This document shows, one piece after another, positions 11,420 through 20,885 of a stretch of DNA of 64,000 nt (position 1 is the first letter of the stretch; each line of letters begins with the position of its first letter). The notes beneath the pieces were generated by a model. It was given only the letters and a program-made list of their open reading frames with translations, was not told where the DNA came from and did no database searches. Both the position numbers and the translations under genes were made by a program. Origin of the DNA: an uncultured Novosphingobium sp. (GTDB taxonomy: Bacteria; Pseudomonadota; Alphaproteobacteria; Sphingomonadales; Sphingomonadaceae); assembly GCA_965140495.1 (NCBI GenBank), contig OZ223239.1, positions 2,219,678 through 2,283,677 of the forward strand, read 5' to 3'.

Positions 11420-12070
11420 ATGGAAACCGGCGATATCCCGCGGCGCTTGCTTGAACTGGCTGATGCACGGCGGGTCAGTCTTGCCTCGCTTTCTCGCATG
11501 ATCGGCAAGAATCCGAGTTACTTGCAGCAGTTTGTTCGCAAGGGAAGCCCGCGCAAGCTGGAAGAAGGCGACCGCGGAATGCTGGCTCGCTTCTTCGGCG
11601 TGGACGAAGTGGAGCTGGGGAAGCCGAGGGATAATTCCTTTGCGATCGCCGGAACTCCGGTCCGTGCGGAATGGATCGACGTTCCGCGGCTGACCCTGGG
11701 GGCTTCGGCAGGGCCGGGGGCGTCGGAGCCCGACGAGACCGCTTTCGATGCGATTCGGTTTTCGGCGCGCTGGCTGAGAAACATGGGGCTGGAGGCCGAA
11801 AGCCTCTCGGCGATTGCCGTGACTGGCGATTCGATGGAGCCGACGTTGCGCGATGGGGACGAGATCCTCGTCGACCGCACGCCGCATACGATACGCGATG
11901 GCATCCATGTCGTGCGTCTGGAAGACAACCTGCTGGTCAAGCGTGTCGATGCCAGCCGGCCCGGCGTGATCACGCTGCTGAGCGACAACCCCGCCTATCG
12001 CCCGATAGAGTGCCGGCCGGACGAAGTGGATGTTATCGGCCGTGTCGTCTGGAAGGGCGGGCGGATCTGA
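11420..12070 (+). CDS. CI/LexA-like repressor: XRE-type HTH fused to S24 self-cleaving peptidase
   Basis: Track ORF 11363..12070; ATG 11420 (METGD) is an alternative start. HTH RVSLASLSRMIGKNPSYLQQFVRKG. Ala-Gly candidate cleavage site in GASAGPGA. Ser/Lys dyad motifs GDSMEPTL and LLVKRV. Confidence 0.8.
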   Translation: METGDIPRRLLELADARRVSLASLSRMIGKNPSYLQQFVRKGSPRKLEEGDRGMLARFFGVDEVELGKPRDNSFAIAGTPVRAEWIDVPRLTLGASAGPGASEPDETAFDAIRFSARWLRNMGLEAESLSAIAVTGDSMEPTLRDGDEILVDRTPHTIRDGIHVVRLEDNLLVKRVDASRPGVITLLSDNPAYRPIECRPDEVDVIGRVVWKGGRI

Positions 12071-12122
12071 CGCTGCATTGCAGCGGTTGCAATCGGCGCG
12101 CTCTGCCGCCATTTCCGGGGAC

Positions 12123-12800
12123 ATGACCGAGACAAACCAGCCGATGCGCGTCGGCATCGTTCCCGTTACCCCGCTGCAGCAGAACTGCTCGCTGATCTGG
12201 TGCACCAAGACCATGCGCGGTGCCCTTGTCGATCCCGGCGGCGATCTGCCCAAGCTTAAGCAGGCGCTGGAAAAGACCGGCGTGACGCTGGAGAAGATCC
12301 TCATCACCCACGGGCATCTCGATCACTGCGGACAGGCCGGCGTGCTGGCGAAGGAAATGGGTGTGCCCATTGAAGGGCCGCAGGAAGAAGACCGCTTCTG
12401 GATTGCGCAGCTCGACGACGACGGCCCCCGCTGGAACATGGAGGCGCACACCTTCGAGCCCGACCGCTGGCTTGAGGACGGCGACAAGGTGACGCTGGGC
12501 GAACTGGAACTCGATGTGGTCCATTGCCCCGGACATACGCCGGGCCACGTGATCTTCCACCATGGCCCCAGCCATTTCGCCATCGTCGGCGATGTTCTGT
12601 TTCAGGGTGGTATCGGCCGCTGGGACTTCCCGCGCGGCAATCTTCAGGACCTGGTCGATTCGATCACCAGGAAGCTGTGGCCGCTCGGCGATGACGTGAC
12701 GTTCGTGCCCGGACATGGCCCGGTCAGCACGTTCGGCGATGAACGCCGCACCAATCCTTACGTGAGCGATGCGGCGATCAAGCGAGGTCTGCCGGTCTAG
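12123..12800 (+). CDS. MBL-fold metallo-hydrolase (glyoxalase II-like)
   Basis: Track ORF 12030..12800 trimmed to ATG 12123 (MTETNQPMRVGIVP). HxHxDH motif ITHGHLDHCG. Confidence 0.85.
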   Translation: MTETNQPMRVGIVPVTPLQQNCSLIWCTKTMRGALVDPGGDLPKLKQALEKTGVTLEKILITHGHLDHCGQAGVLAKEMGVPIEGPQEEDRFWIAQLDDDGPRWNMEAHTFEPDRWLEDGDKVTLGELELDVVHCPGHTPGHVIFHHGPSHFAIVGDVLFQGGIGRWDFPRGNLQDLVDSITRKLWPLGDDVTFVPGHGPVSTFGDERRTNPYVSDAAIKRGLPV

Positions 12801-13189
12801 AACCGAGCCAGGGTGATCAGAACGGCAACGACCGAAAGCCCCAGCAGGGTCAACGCTGTTACCAGGAAGCCGACGGCGCGCAGCGGATTTGATTCGGCCT
12901 TGTCCATGCCGAAGGCATGGCTGATGCGCGCGAGCATATAGACCGACCCGACGATGGCCAGCCACGTGCCGCCTTTGCCCGTCATCTCGATCACCGCGAT
13001 GAGGATGAGCACGAAGGGTGTGTTCTCGACGAAGTTGGCCTGCGCGCGCATGCGCTGCATGAGTAGCGGGTTGCCGCCGTCGCCATGCAGGATCTTGGCA
13101 TTGTAGCGCAGCTTGCCGGCACGGAACGCCAGCCAGATGTTCATTATGGCGGCCGCTGCGGCAAGGCTCAGTGTCGTCTGCAGAATCAT
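12797..13189 (-). CDS. MAPEG family membrane protein
   Basis: Track ORF 12797..13297 trimmed to ATG 13189 (MILQTTLSLAAAAAIMNIWL). Small multi-TM protein with MAPEG-like layout. Confidence 0.65.
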   Translation of the reverse strand: MILQTTLSLAAAAAIMNIWLAFRAGKLRYNAKILHGDGGNPLLMQRMRAQANFVENTPFVLILIAVIEMTGKGGTWLAIVGSVYMLARISHAFGMDKAESNPLRAVGFLVTALTLLGLSVVAVLITLARF

Positions 13190-13351
13190 TGTGTCGGTCT
13201 CCCCTGGGGCGGAAGAGTTCATGGGACAGGCACGAACGGGTTGCAACTCGTCAGAAATCGGGTATAGGCGCGCCTTCGCAAGCCGCCGTGTCCGCAAACG
13301 GTCACCGGCGGCATTTTTGACATAATTGCATTTTCAGGAACAGGTGCCGAA

Positions 13352-13531
13352 ATGGCTGTCCCTAAGAGAAAAACGACCCCGTCCCGCCGGGGCATGCGCC
13401 GCAGCCATGATGCCCTCAAGGCTGAAGCGTTCCACGAGTGCCCGAACTGTGGCGAGCTGAAGCGCCCGCACAACCTCTGCAACGCTTGCGGCCACTACAA
13501 CGGTCGTGAAATCGTCGCAGTCGAGATCTAA
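13352..13531 (+). CDS. rpmF: 50S ribosomal protein L32
   Basis: Below the track length cutoff; found by hand. [59 protein letters not shown]. Conserved position upstream of plsX. Confidence 0.92.
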   Translation: MAVPKRKTTPSRRGMRRSHDALKAEAFHECPNCGELKRPHNLCNACGHYNGREIVAVEI

Positions 13532-13572
13532 GACCGCCAAAGTCTTAGAATTTCGAGTTTCGGAGAGAGCCC

Positions 13573-14634
13573 ATGAGTTTGCCGCGTATCGCCGTTGACG
13601 CGATGGGCGGTGATGAGGGCGTGCGCGTCATGATCGAGGGCGCCGCGCTTGCGCGCCGTCGGCACGACCAGTTCAAGTTCCTGCTGGTTGGGGACGAGAC
13701 GCGGATCAAGGCCGCGCTCGAAAAACACCCGAACCTGCGGGCAAGCTCCGAAATCCTGCACACCGACGACGTCATCAGTGGCGAAGACAAGCCGAGTCAG
13801 GCTCTCCGCCGCGCCAAGACGACGTCGATGGGGCGCGCGATTCAGGCGGTGAAGAACGGCGATGCCGGCGCAGCCGTCAGTGCCGGCAACACCGGCGCGC
13901 TGATGGCGATTGCCAAGCTGACGCTGCGGACCATGCCCGGCATCGATCGTCCTGCGCTGGCGGCTCTGCTGCCGACGCTGGGCGATAACGACGTCATTAT
14001 GCTCGATCTCGGTGCCAATACCGAGTGCGACAGCCGCAACCTCGTGCAGTTCGCGATCATGGGTTCGGCCTATGCCCGTGTCGCCACGGGGCGCAACGAG
14101 CCGCGCGTGCGCTTGCTCAATATCGGTACCGAGGAAATCAAGGGCACCGATCTGCTCCGCGATGCTGCGGCAACGCTGAAAGGCGCGGCCGAGGATCTCG
14201 CGATTTCCTTCGACGGCTTCACCGAAGCCGACAAGATGTGCCGCGGCGACGTGGACGTCGTGGTCACCGACGGATTTTCCGGAAACATTGCGCTCAAGGC
14301 CGTGGAAGGCACAGCCCGGTTCGTGGGCGACCTCCTGCGCCGCAGTTTCGCCAGTTCCCTGCGCTCGAAGATCGGCTTCCTGATCTCGCGCCCGGCGACC
14401 GAGCTGCTCAAGCACCATCTCGATCCCAATAATCATAATGGCGCCGTCTTCCTTGGCCTCAATGGCATTGTCGTGAAGAGCCATGGCGGAGCCAATGCCG
14501 CAGGTGTGGCCAATGCCGTCGCGGTTACCGCGCGGCTGCTGGAGGAAAACGTGACCGAGCGCATTACTGCTGACCTCGCCCGTGTGGGCGGGGAATCCTG
14601 GCGCATGCCGCGCCCGCAGGAAGAACGCGCCTGA
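13573..14634 (+). CDS. plsX: phosphate acyltransferase PlsX
   Basis: Track ORF of 353 aa. Canonical rpmF-plsX-fabH order. Start of fabH overlaps its stop. Confidence 0.93.
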   Translation: MSLPRIAVDAMGGDEGVRVMIEGAALARRRHDQFKFLLVGDETRIKAALEKHPNLRASSEILHTDDVISGEDKPSQALRRAKTTSMGRAIQAVKNGDAGAAVSAGNTGALMAIAKLTLRTMPGIDRPALAALLPTLGDNDVIMLDLGANTECDSRNLVQFAIMGSAYARVATGRNEPRVRLLNIGTEEIKGTDLLRDAAATLKGAAEDLAISFDGFTEADKMCRGDVDVVVTDGFSGNIALKAVEGTARFVGDLLRRSFASSLRSKIGFLISRPATELLKHHLDPNNHNGAVFLGLNGIVVKSHGGANAAGVANAVAVTARLLEENVTERITADLARVGGESWRMPRPQEERA

Positions 14635-15602
14635 TGTTGCGGTCGGTTCTTCTGGGCACCGGTTCGGCGCTTCCCCGCCGGGCAGTCAGCAATGCCGAAC
14701 TCGCCGAGCGCGTAGATACCAACGATGAGTGGATCGTCGAGCGAACCGGCATTTCCAACCGTTACGTCGCTGCACCGGACGAGACCACTTCCACGCTTGC
14801 TACCGAAGCGGCGCAGAAGGCGATCGAGGCAGCCGGTATCGAGGCTTCGTCGATCGATCTGATCGTTCTGGCCACGGCGACCCCCGACCAGACCTTTCCG
14901 GCGACCGCCACCACGGTTCAGAACAACCTCGGCTGTCGCGGCGGAATTGCCTTCGACGTGGCCGCGGTCTGCTCGGGCTTTCTCTATGCCATGGGTGTGG
15001 TCGATTCGATGCTGCGCAGCGGAATGGCCAAGCGCGCACTGGTTATCGGCTCGGAAACCTTCAGCCGTATCCTCGACTGGGAAGACCGCACGACTTGCGT
15101 TCTATTCGGTGATGGCGCCGGTGCCGTCGTGCTCGAAGCGCAGGAGCAGGATGGCGACGAACCGCGCGGTGTCCTTGCGACTCGGCTCCACGCCGATGGT
15201 GCGCACAACGAACTGCTCTACGTCGATGGTGGTCCCTCGACCACGGGAACGGTCGGCAAACTGCGCATGCGCGGGCGCGAGGTGTTCCGCCACGCTGTCG
15301 TCAATCTGGCCGAGGTTCTTAGGGAAGTTATTGAAGAGGCCGGACTTTCCACCTCGGATATCGACTGGCTCGTGCCGCATCAGGCCAATGCCCGCATCCT
15401 GGAGGCGACTGCCAAGAAGCTCAGCCTCGCACCCGAAAAGGTGGTGATGACCGTTGGGCAGCACGCCAACACGTCGGCCGCTTCGGTTCCGCTGGCCCTC
15501 GACCAAGCCGTTCGCGACGGACGCATCCAGCAAGGTGACCTTGTCATGCTGGAGGCAATGGGCGGCGGATTTACATGGGGCGCCTGCCTGTTACGCATGT
15601 AA
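14634..15602 (+). CDS. fabH: beta-ketoacyl-ACP synthase III
   Basis: Track ORF of 322 aa. Active-site Cys context [11 protein letters not shown]-terminal GGGFTWGA. Confidence 0.95.
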   Translation: MLRSVLLGTGSALPRRAVSNAELAERVDTNDEWIVERTGISNRYVAAPDETTSTLATEAAQKAIEAAGIEASSIDLIVLATATPDQTFPATATTVQNNLGCRGGIAFDVAAVCSGFLYAMGVVDSMLRSGMAKRALVIGSETFSRILDWEDRTTCVLFGDGAGAVVLEAQEQDGDEPRGVLATRLHADGAHNELLYVDGGPSTTGTVGKLRMRGREVFRHAVVNLAEVLREVIEEAGLSTSDIDWLVPHQANARILEATAKKLSLAPEKVVMTVGQHANTSAASVPLALDQAVRDGRIQQGDLVMLEAMGGGFTWGACLLRM

Positions 15603-15713
15603 ATTCATGCTCTGAAAAATACTTAAAGTGTAATATTGCACTTAGCATTGCTTTTCCTTCATATTTTAATATGATCGTTCACAGGGGACTGCGCACGATA
15701 GGGGAATGCGGGC

Positions 15714-16013
15714 TTGATGCGCTCCACGGATACATTGACCAGGGCCGAGATTGCGGAAGCAATCCACAGGAAGCTTGGGCTTTCCAGGTCTGAATCACTT
15801 GCGATGGTGGAGGCTATTCTCCAGCATATGACGCAGGCCCTGAGTGACGGTGAAAACGTCAAGATTTCGGGGTTCGGGACTTTCTTGCTTCGTGACAAGG
15901 GAGAGCGGGTCGGCCGCAATCCCAAGACGGGCGTCGAAGTTCCGATCACGCCCCGGCGCGTCATGACGTTCCGCGCCAGCCAGATGCTCAAGGACCGTAT
16001 CGCCGGAAGCTGA
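15714..16013 (+). CDS. ihfA: integration host factor subunit alpha
   Basis: Track ORF of 99 aa. [28 protein letters not shown] is the HU/IHF arm. An AT-rich promoter region lies at 15603-15713. Confidence 0.9.
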   Translation: MMRSTDTLTRAEIAEAIHRKLGLSRSESLAMVEAILQHMTQALSDGENVKISGFGTFLLRDKGERVGRNPKTGVEVPITPRRVMTFRASQMLKDRIAGS

Positions 16014-16027
16014 TTGCCGGAGGAACG

Positions 16028-16408
16028 ATGAGCGTACTGCCCGAGAATCCCGCGTTCGACGACGGGAAAGCCCCTGATGCGCTGCGCACGATTGGCGAAG
16101 TCGCCAAAGCGCTCGGTATCAAGCAACATGTCCTGCGATACTGGGAAGAACAGTTCCCGGCTCTCGAACCCATCAAGCGCAGCGGCGGCCGTCGGTACTA
16201 CCGGCCTGAGGATGTCGCGCTGATTGCCGAGATCGATCGCCTGGTGCACCGCGAGGGTTACACTCTGCGCGGCGCGTGCAAGGCGATTTCGTCGCCGGAC
16301 AAGGCCGAGCAGAGCCTTACGGATATCGCGGATGCTCCGCCTGCGAACCTGATTGATGATCTGGCAGCGATTCGTCGGGAGCTTGCCGAAGCGCTTTCCG
16401 ACGCCTGA
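16028..16408 (+). CDS. MerR family transcriptional regulator
   Basis: Track ORF of 126 aa. HTH IGEVAKALGIKQHVLRYWEEQF. Position after ihfA is typical of alphaproteobacteria. Confidence 0.85.
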   Translation: MSVLPENPAFDDGKAPDALRTIGEVAKALGIKQHVLRYWEEQFPALEPIKRSGGRRYYRPEDVALIAEIDRLVHREGYTLRGACKAISSPDKAEQSLTDIADAPPANLIDDLAAIRRELAEALSDA

Positions 16409-16413
16409 ACTCG

Positions 16414-16959
16414 TCAGTCGATCGCGGCAGGGCCGAGAGCGGGGTCGAGGTCTCGGGGCCGGACGAGATGCGTAAGCTTGCCACAGCTCTCTTCCAGATC
16501 GGACCAGTGGTCGATATCCAGCTGCAGCACGGCATAGGCGGCGGTCGGGAATTTCTCTTCCACGATATCGCGTAGCGGGCTGGTGCCGTCGTCCGGCACG
16601 AGATCGAAGATGAGATCTTCCAGCCCCGGATTATGCCCGATCAGGATGATCGATGCGGGGTCGCCTTCCTGCTCGCGCAGAACGTCCATCAGCGTGGCGG
16701 AATTGGCAAGGTAGATGCGCCGGTCCCACGTGATCGGCGGTGTCTCGCCTGCTGCTTCACCGGCCAGTTCGATGGTCTGCGTCACGCGCACGGCAGGAGA
16801 GGCCAGGATTCGCTTCCAGCCGACGGCGTGATCGCGGATGTGCTTGCCCATGATCGCCGCGCCTTTCCGGCCGCGCTTGTTCAGCGGACGGTCGAAGTCA
16901 CGCAGGCGTGCATCGTTCCAGTCCGACTTGGCGTGGCGGAAAATTCCCAGCGTCTTCAT
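16414..16959 (-). CDS. histidine phosphatase family protein (SixA-like)
   Basis: Track ORF of 181 aa. N-terminal catalytic motif LGIFRHAKS. Confidence 0.8.
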   Translation of the reverse strand: MKTLGIFRHAKSDWNDARLRDFDRPLNKRGRKGAAIMGKHIRDHAVGWKRILASPAVRVTQTIELAGEAAGETPPITWDRRIYLANSATLMDVLREQEGDPASIILIGHNPGLEDLIFDLVPDDGTSPLRDIVEEKFPTAAYAVLQLDIDHWSDLEESCGKLTHLVRPRDLDPALGPAAID

Positions 16960-16990
16960 TCTGGCAGGTTACTCTCGGCGAAGGAGGAAA

Positions 16991-19708
16991 TCAGAACAGC
17001 GGACGGGCGTTTTCGCCTTCGTGGTTGCTTTCCCCTGAAGCATGGCCGGCCACGCGCTGTAAAGCCTCCTCCAGAGAAATCCGCCGGATCGGCGTGCCTG
17101 CGGGGAAGGCGCTGAGCAGTCGCGAGGGGAACGCGGAGGAGAGAACGACGAAGTGTCCGCGGTCGTCCTTGCTGCGGATCAGACGCCCGAAAGCCTGCGC
17201 CAGCCGGGCGCGGATGATCGTGTCGTCGTAGCTTCCACCGCCGCCTGCGAGGCGGCGCGCGCGGTGCAGGATCGAGGGGCGCGGCCAGGGAACCTGCTCC
17301 ATCACCACCAGCCGCAAGGAATGGCCGGGCACGTCCACACCGTCGCGCAGGGCATCCGTGCCCAGAAGCGAGGCGGCAGGGTCGTCACGGAAGATGTCGA
17401 CCAGCGTTCCGGTGTCGATCGGGTCGACATGCTGCGCGTATAGCGGCAGTCCGGCACGGGCGAGACGGTCGGCTATGCGGCCATGCACCGCGCGCAAACG
17501 GCGGATCGCCGTGAACAGACCCAGCGCGCCGCCGCCCGATGCCTCGATCAAACGGGCATAGGCTGCTGCCAGCGCCGGAATGTCGCCGCGCGGCACATCG
17601 GTGACGATCAGCACTTCCGCCTGCGCTGCATAATCGAAGGGGCTGTCCTGCGCCGTAAGCTGCGGCATCACGCCGATGTGCCCGGCGCCGGAGCGGGCAA
17701 TCGCCTTGCCCCAGTCATCGCCGTCGCGCAGCGTGGCGGAGGTCATGATCACCCCGTGTGCGGGTTCGAGCACGACCTTGGCGAAAGGCTTCATCGGGTC
17801 GAGCCAGCGGCGATGGATGCCGATATCGTATTCGCGCGCTTCGGAGCGGTCGACCGCCAGCCAGTCGACGTATTCCGGATCGGCCGGGCCGCCCAGCCGT
17901 TCGAGCAGCGCTTCCCATCCCGCCAGCGTATCGATGCGCCAGGACAGCGAGTGGCGAGCCCCTTCGAGGCGCGCGCGGCCGGGGCCGTCGAGCCAGTCGG
18001 GCGGTTCTTCGAGCAAGGTTTCGAGCCGGACGCCGAGCCGGATCAGCGGCTGACGCAAGTCCGCGAGCGCCTCTCGCGCGGCCTGGGCGATCTCGATGAA
18101 CGCGCCGTCCAGGCCGGCGGCCTCGGTTTCGAGGCCATAGCCGGCTTCCTGTCCGCCGCTTTCATCGCGCGCGTAAACCGTGGCACGCACGGCCGCCAGC
18201 AACTCCTCCAGCGGTCCCCACGGCGCGCCTTCGACAATGCGCTGCATCCAGCCGTCGCCGGGCAGGGCTTCGGCAGCTGCGCGCGCCGCAGTGATCGCCT
18301 TGCTGCCGGCCTCGTCGTAGCTGACGATGTCGGCAAGCCGGGCGGACAAACCGCGCCTGCGCCCGCGTGAAGCTTTCTCCGGGCCGATCACCCAGCGGCG
18401 CAGTTCGATGGTCTCGGTGCCGCTGAGCGCGGCGGCAAAGGTGGAATCGGCGGCGTCGAAGACGTGGTGGCCCTCGTCGAACACGATGCGTGTCGGGCGT
18501 GCGGCAACGTCGCGTCCGCGTGCGGCATTGACCATGACCAGGGCGTGGTTGGCGATCACCAGATCGGCACCGGCGCTGGCGCGCGCAGCCCGTTCGATGA
18601 AGCACTTCCGGTAATGCGGGCACCCGGCATAGACGCATTCGCCGCGCCGGTCGGTCAGCGAGGTGATGCCGCGCTGACGGAACAGCGTGCCGAGCCAGCC
18701 CGGCAGGTCGCCGCCGATCATGTCGCCGTCGCGCGAATAGGCTGCCCATCGCGCCACAAGCTGCGCGAGGATGGCCGCCCGTCCCGCAAAGCCGCCTTGC
18801 AGCGCATCTTCGAGGTTGAGCAGGCACAGATAGTTCTCGCGGCCCTTGCGCACCACGACGGGCCGGCTGCCATCGCTGCGCCGCTCGGGCCAGGCGCGGC
18901 GGCTTTCCTGCCGGAGCTGGCGTTGCAGGGCCTTGGTGTACGTCGAGACCCAGACCGTGCCGCCGGCTTCGTTGCTCCACAGCGAGGCCGGGGCGAGGTA
19001 GCCCAGCGTCTTGCCGATGCCGGTGCCCGCCTGCGCCAGCAGCAGGCGCGGGTTTCCGGACTTCTCGCGCGGTTCGAAGGCGTAAGTGGCATCGGCCGCA
19101 TAGGCGCGCTGTCCGGGGCGCTGCTCGGCGTCGCTGCCCGTCAGGTCCTTGAGCCGGCGCAGAACGGTATCCTTGTCGAGGAAGACTTGGCGCGGTTGAG
19201 GCTGTTCGGGACTTTCCTCCCATTCGGGCAGGCGCGAGAACAGCCAGCGTTCGGCGCGCTGCGGCTTGGCAATGCGGCCGGTGAGCAATGTCGCCCAGGG
19301 CCAGCGCATCCGCACCAGCGACTGCAGTGCCGTCCACGCCCCTTCGCGTTCCGGCCACTCGGGAGATTCGCAGGTTTCGAGCAAGGCGCCCGCGGCCTGT
19401 TGCAGGAGCTGCGGCACATCGGCGTCGCCGGTGGGCTCGGGAAGCTCGAGTGCATGGGCGAGGCCTTTCGGCGTCGGAACTACGAAGCGAGCAGGATGTA
19501 CGAAAGCGAAGAGCTCGAGCAGATCGAGCCCGGACAGATCGGGATAGCCCAGTCGTGTCGCCACCAGCGGGGCATTGAGGATCAGCAAAGGCGTATCGGC
19601 CGCAGCCATCACGGCCTCGCCCTTGGAGACGGTGCGCGTGGAATCCTTATCGCGCAGCCAGCAGCCGCCGTGGCTGGCGTGAAGCGCGGGGATGGGAAGG
19701 GCGGCCAT
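16991..19708 (-). CDS. DinG/Rad3-family ATP-dependent DNA helicase with N-terminal extension
   Basis: Track ORF of 905 aa. Walker A AGTGIGKT, DEGH box IVFDEGHH, and a C-terminal helicase domain. Confidence 0.8.
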   Translation of the reverse strand: MAALPIPALHASHGGCWLRDKDSTRTVSKGEAVMAAADTPLLILNAPLVATRLGYPDLSGLDLLELFAFVHPARFVVPTPKGLAHALELPEPTGDADVPQLLQQAAGALLETCESPEWPEREGAWTALQSLVRMRWPWATLLTGRIAKPQRAERWLFSRLPEWEESPEQPQPRQVFLDKDTVLRRLKDLTGSDAEQRPGQRAYAADATYAFEPREKSGNPRLLLAQAGTGIGKTLGYLAPASLWSNEAGGTVWVSTYTKALQRQLRQESRRAWPERRSDGSRPVVVRKGRENYLCLLNLEDALQGGFAGRAAILAQLVARWAAYSRDGDMIGGDLPGWLGTLFRQRGITSLTDRRGECVYAGCPHYRKCFIERAARASAGADLVIANHALVMVNAARGRDVAARPTRIVFDEGHHVFDAADSTFAAALSGTETIELRRWVIGPEKASRGRRRGLSARLADIVSYDEAGSKAITAARAAAEALPGDGWMQRIVEGAPWGPLEELLAAVRATVYARDESGGQEAGYGLETEAAGLDGAFIEIAQAAREALADLRQPLIRLGVRLETLLEEPPDWLDGPGRARLEGARHSLSWRIDTLAGWEALLERLGGPADPEYVDWLAVDRSEAREYDIGIHRRWLDPMKPFAKVVLEPAHGVIMTSATLRDGDDWGKAIARSGAGHIGVMPQLTAQDSPFDYAAQAEVLIVTDVPRGDIPALAAAYARLIEASGGGALGLFTAIRRLRAVHGRIADRLARAGLPLYAQHVDPIDTGTLVDIFRDDPAASLLGTDALRDGVDVPGHSLRLVVMEQVPWPRPSILHRARRLAGGGGSYDDTIIRARLAQAFGRLIRSKDDRGHFVVLSSAFPSRLLSAFPAGTPIRRISLEEALQRVAGHASGESNHEGENARPLF

Positions 19709-19863
19709 GCCCCGGTTTTAGAAGGCCGGGCGCGCGTTGGAAACGGCGCAACACCGGCCACTCACCCGAAAATTGCATTCTGATACAATTTCGGGCCTTG
19801 TGTTCGATCATTCTAGATATATCTTAGAGCCATCATAGAATGGAAACATGAAAGACGAGGTAT

Positions 19864-20583
19864 ATGATGTTCAATCACCAACGTGCACGCGGTGGCTGTC
19901 GCGACGGCGAGGCTTTTGAATGCAGCGAGTTCGGCGGAATGCGGGGCCGTCGCGGCCATCGCGGTGGCCGGGCCCGTGGCGGGTTCGGCGGCGGATACGG
20001 TGGCTTTGAAGAAGGCTTCGCCGATGGCCGAGGCATGGGGCGTGGACCCGGCGGCGGCATGGGCGGCGGCATGGGCCGTGGTGGCGGGCGTGGCCCCGGC
20101 ATGCGCGGCGGCCGGCGTAAGCGGCTGTTCGATCAGGCCGAACTGCAGTCTCTTCTGCTGGCGCTGATCGTGGAGGCCCCACGCCATGGCTACGACCTGA
20201 TCCGCGAGATCGAGACCCTGTCCGGCGGCGACTATGCGCCGAGTCCGGGCGTGGTCTATCCGGCGCTGACCTATATGGAAGAGTCGGGCCTGATCGCGGT
20301 CATGGCCGACGACAGTTCGCGCAAGTCATACGAGGCGACCGACGAGGGGCGTCAACAGGCCGAGACCGACGCCGAGAAGGCAGCCTCGCTCAAGGCGCGT
20401 CTGGCAGCCCTTGCCGAGCAGCGGGATCGGGTGGATCCGGCCCCCGTACGCCGGGCCATGCAGGCTCTCAAGACCGCTGTATTCGATCGCCTGAATCAGG
20501 AAGGTGCCGATCGCGAACTGACATTGCAGATCGCGGATGCCATCGACGAGGCAACCCGAAAGATCGAAAGGATCGAGTCGTGA
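19864..20583 (+). CDS. PadR family transcriptional regulator with Gly/Arg-rich N-terminal extension
   Basis: Track ORF of 239 aa. PadR winged-helix core PRHGYDLIREIETLSGGDYAPSPGVVYPALTYMEESGLI. The first ~88 residues are RGG/GGM-type low complexity. Confidence 0.8.
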   Translation: MMFNHQRARGGCRDGEAFECSEFGGMRGRRGHRGGRARGGFGGGYGGFEEGFADGRGMGRGPGGGMGGGMGRGGGRGPGMRGGRRKRLFDQAELQSLLLALIVEAPRHGYDLIREIETLSGGDYAPSPGVVYPALTYMEESGLIAVMADDSSRKSYEATDEGRQQAETDAEKAASLKARLAALAEQRDRVDPAPVRRAMQALKTAVFDRLNQEGADRELTLQIADAIDEATRKIERIES

Positions 20584-20879
20584 ACACGATCACTGCCAAA
20601 GTGAAAACCGAATCCGGCGGCAAGTACGTGCGCCAGTTGTGCAAGCACTGGAGCCACAAGCTCGAAACCAGCGTTGATGGCGATCGCGGCACGGTGACCT
20701 TTCCGGCCGCCGTCGCCACCATGGACGCCGACGGCGAAGGGATTGCCATCGCCATCAGCGGTGAGGACAAGGGTGAAGTGGAACGCCTTACCGATGTCGT
20801 GTCCAGCCACATCGACCGCTTCGCCTTCCGCGAAGCGCCGCTGACGTACGAATGGGCCTGGGCGCAAGCCGCGGGCTGA
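20580..20879 (+). CDS. DUF2218 domain protein
   Basis: Track ORF of 99 aa, overlapping the padR stop by 4 bp. The KYVRQLCKHWSHK motif resembles DUF2218 as I remember it. Confidence 0.65.
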   Translation: MNTITAKVKTESGGKYVRQLCKHWSHKLETSVDGDRGTVTFPAAVATMDADGEGIAIAISGEDKGEVERLTDVVSSHIDRFAFREAPLTYEWAWAQAAG

Positions 20880-20885
20880 GAGGTC

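Noticed and set aside
15603-15713. AT-rich 110-bp stretch upstream of ihfA
   Set aside because: It is most simply a promoter or UP-element region for ihfA. I saw no repeat or structured element.
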